Positions 63,261 through 64,000 of a DNA stretch of 64,000 bases are shown here, piece after piece. A program made the translations under genes and the position numbers. The stretch's first letter is position 1, and the number at the start of each line of letters is the position of its first letter. This stretch comes from Anthoceros angustus (lineage: Eukaryota; Plantae; Anthocerotophyta): positions 1,178,001 to 1,242,000 of the forward strand of contig MU008162.1 of the NCBI GenBank assembly GCA_010909165.1, in the 5' to 3' direction. A model generated the notes under the pieces. That model was not told the DNA's origin. It saw only the letters and a list, made by a program, of their open reading frames with translations, and did not search any database.

Positions 63261-64000
63261 GGCGGCAGCTCAGCCGAAGAGTCAAGAATGCCCCATGGAG
63301 AGAATACTAACCGAGGAGAAGAAAAGGTACTAAGCGAGATCGGGAGGAGTACCAAAGGAGTACAATACGAAGGCTGAGCAACTAAGATTCTAGAGGTGAC
63401 AATCCTGTTCTTCCAGATGTAATGTACAGCTAGCAGTTCCTTGGTGACAGTGCCTCGGTACGGCTTTCATTGCCTGCTGCAAGTCCCTGTAGCACGTAGG
63501 TCTGATCTAGAAAGGAGGACAACACGAGAAGGACCACAGTCAAGATCTCATCAAGTTTAAACGAGTCGGTGTCCTAGCAAGTCTCGCGACAGCTTGTCCT
63601 GAAACTGAAGACAGAATCCAAGGTATGAATCAGACAGCTTAATCCCTTCTTCAGAACCACAAGATCAACATCCCTGGCTAGTTCTTCATCAGAACCCATG
63701 AACTCATCCCTACCGATGGCAGTCGCACCAATCATTCGAATCTGACAATCTGCCATCGGATTGCACCAGAAGTTCAGGCTTGAGCCTGAGACTACCTGCG
63801 CCCTCCTTTGAAGGCCATCCTTTGAAGGCCCTCCTTTGAAGATGCCATGACATGAGGCTGTCCATCTGCAGCTCCAACAAACACATTTCAGTACATGAAC
63901 AAGGTCACATACGTGCTACCAACAAGGTGCAGCCAGGAAGAGAATGCCCAAGAGGCACATCCTCAAACCGAACCCCATCAACGAGAATGACCAGCAGCTG

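Noticed and set aside
60304-63377. Plus-strand ORFs overlapping FKGP
   Set aside because: Antisense shadows of the FKGP exons.
1-64000. tRNA, rRNA or snRNA genes
   Set aside because: No cloverleaf, rRNA or snRNA signature was recognised by eye. The TGGTATCAGAGC motifs are retrotransposon primer-binding sites. tRNAscan or Infernal would be decisive.

Overview
Land-plant nuclear DNA with short GT-AG introns (mostly about 75-130 bp) and GC-rich codons. This fits a compact bryophyte genome such as a hornwort, which is my inference and is not proven. Six host genes are supported: SDP1-type patatin TAG lipase (-, runs off the left edge), a USP-domain receptor-like cytoplasmic kinase (-), an intronless Integrator subunit 3 (-), a DUF1068 protein (+), a RING-CH membrane E3 ligase (-) and bifunctional fucokinase/fucose-1-P guanylyltransferase FKGP (-). 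Two nested transposon clusters (about 5-29.3 kb and 44-53.4 kb) contain four Ty1/copia elements, a CACTA-like non-autonomous element, a PIF/Harbinger element with its Myb/trihelix partner gene, and Ty3/gypsy remnants. The most interesting signal is that three copia elements carry antisense ORFs downstream of RNase H. Two of these ORFs are clearly homologous once a CACTA-like insertion is removed in silico, and one has an intact C-x2-C-x17-H-x3-C motif. Two tandem duplications and several homopolymer frameshifts look like long-read assembly errors.
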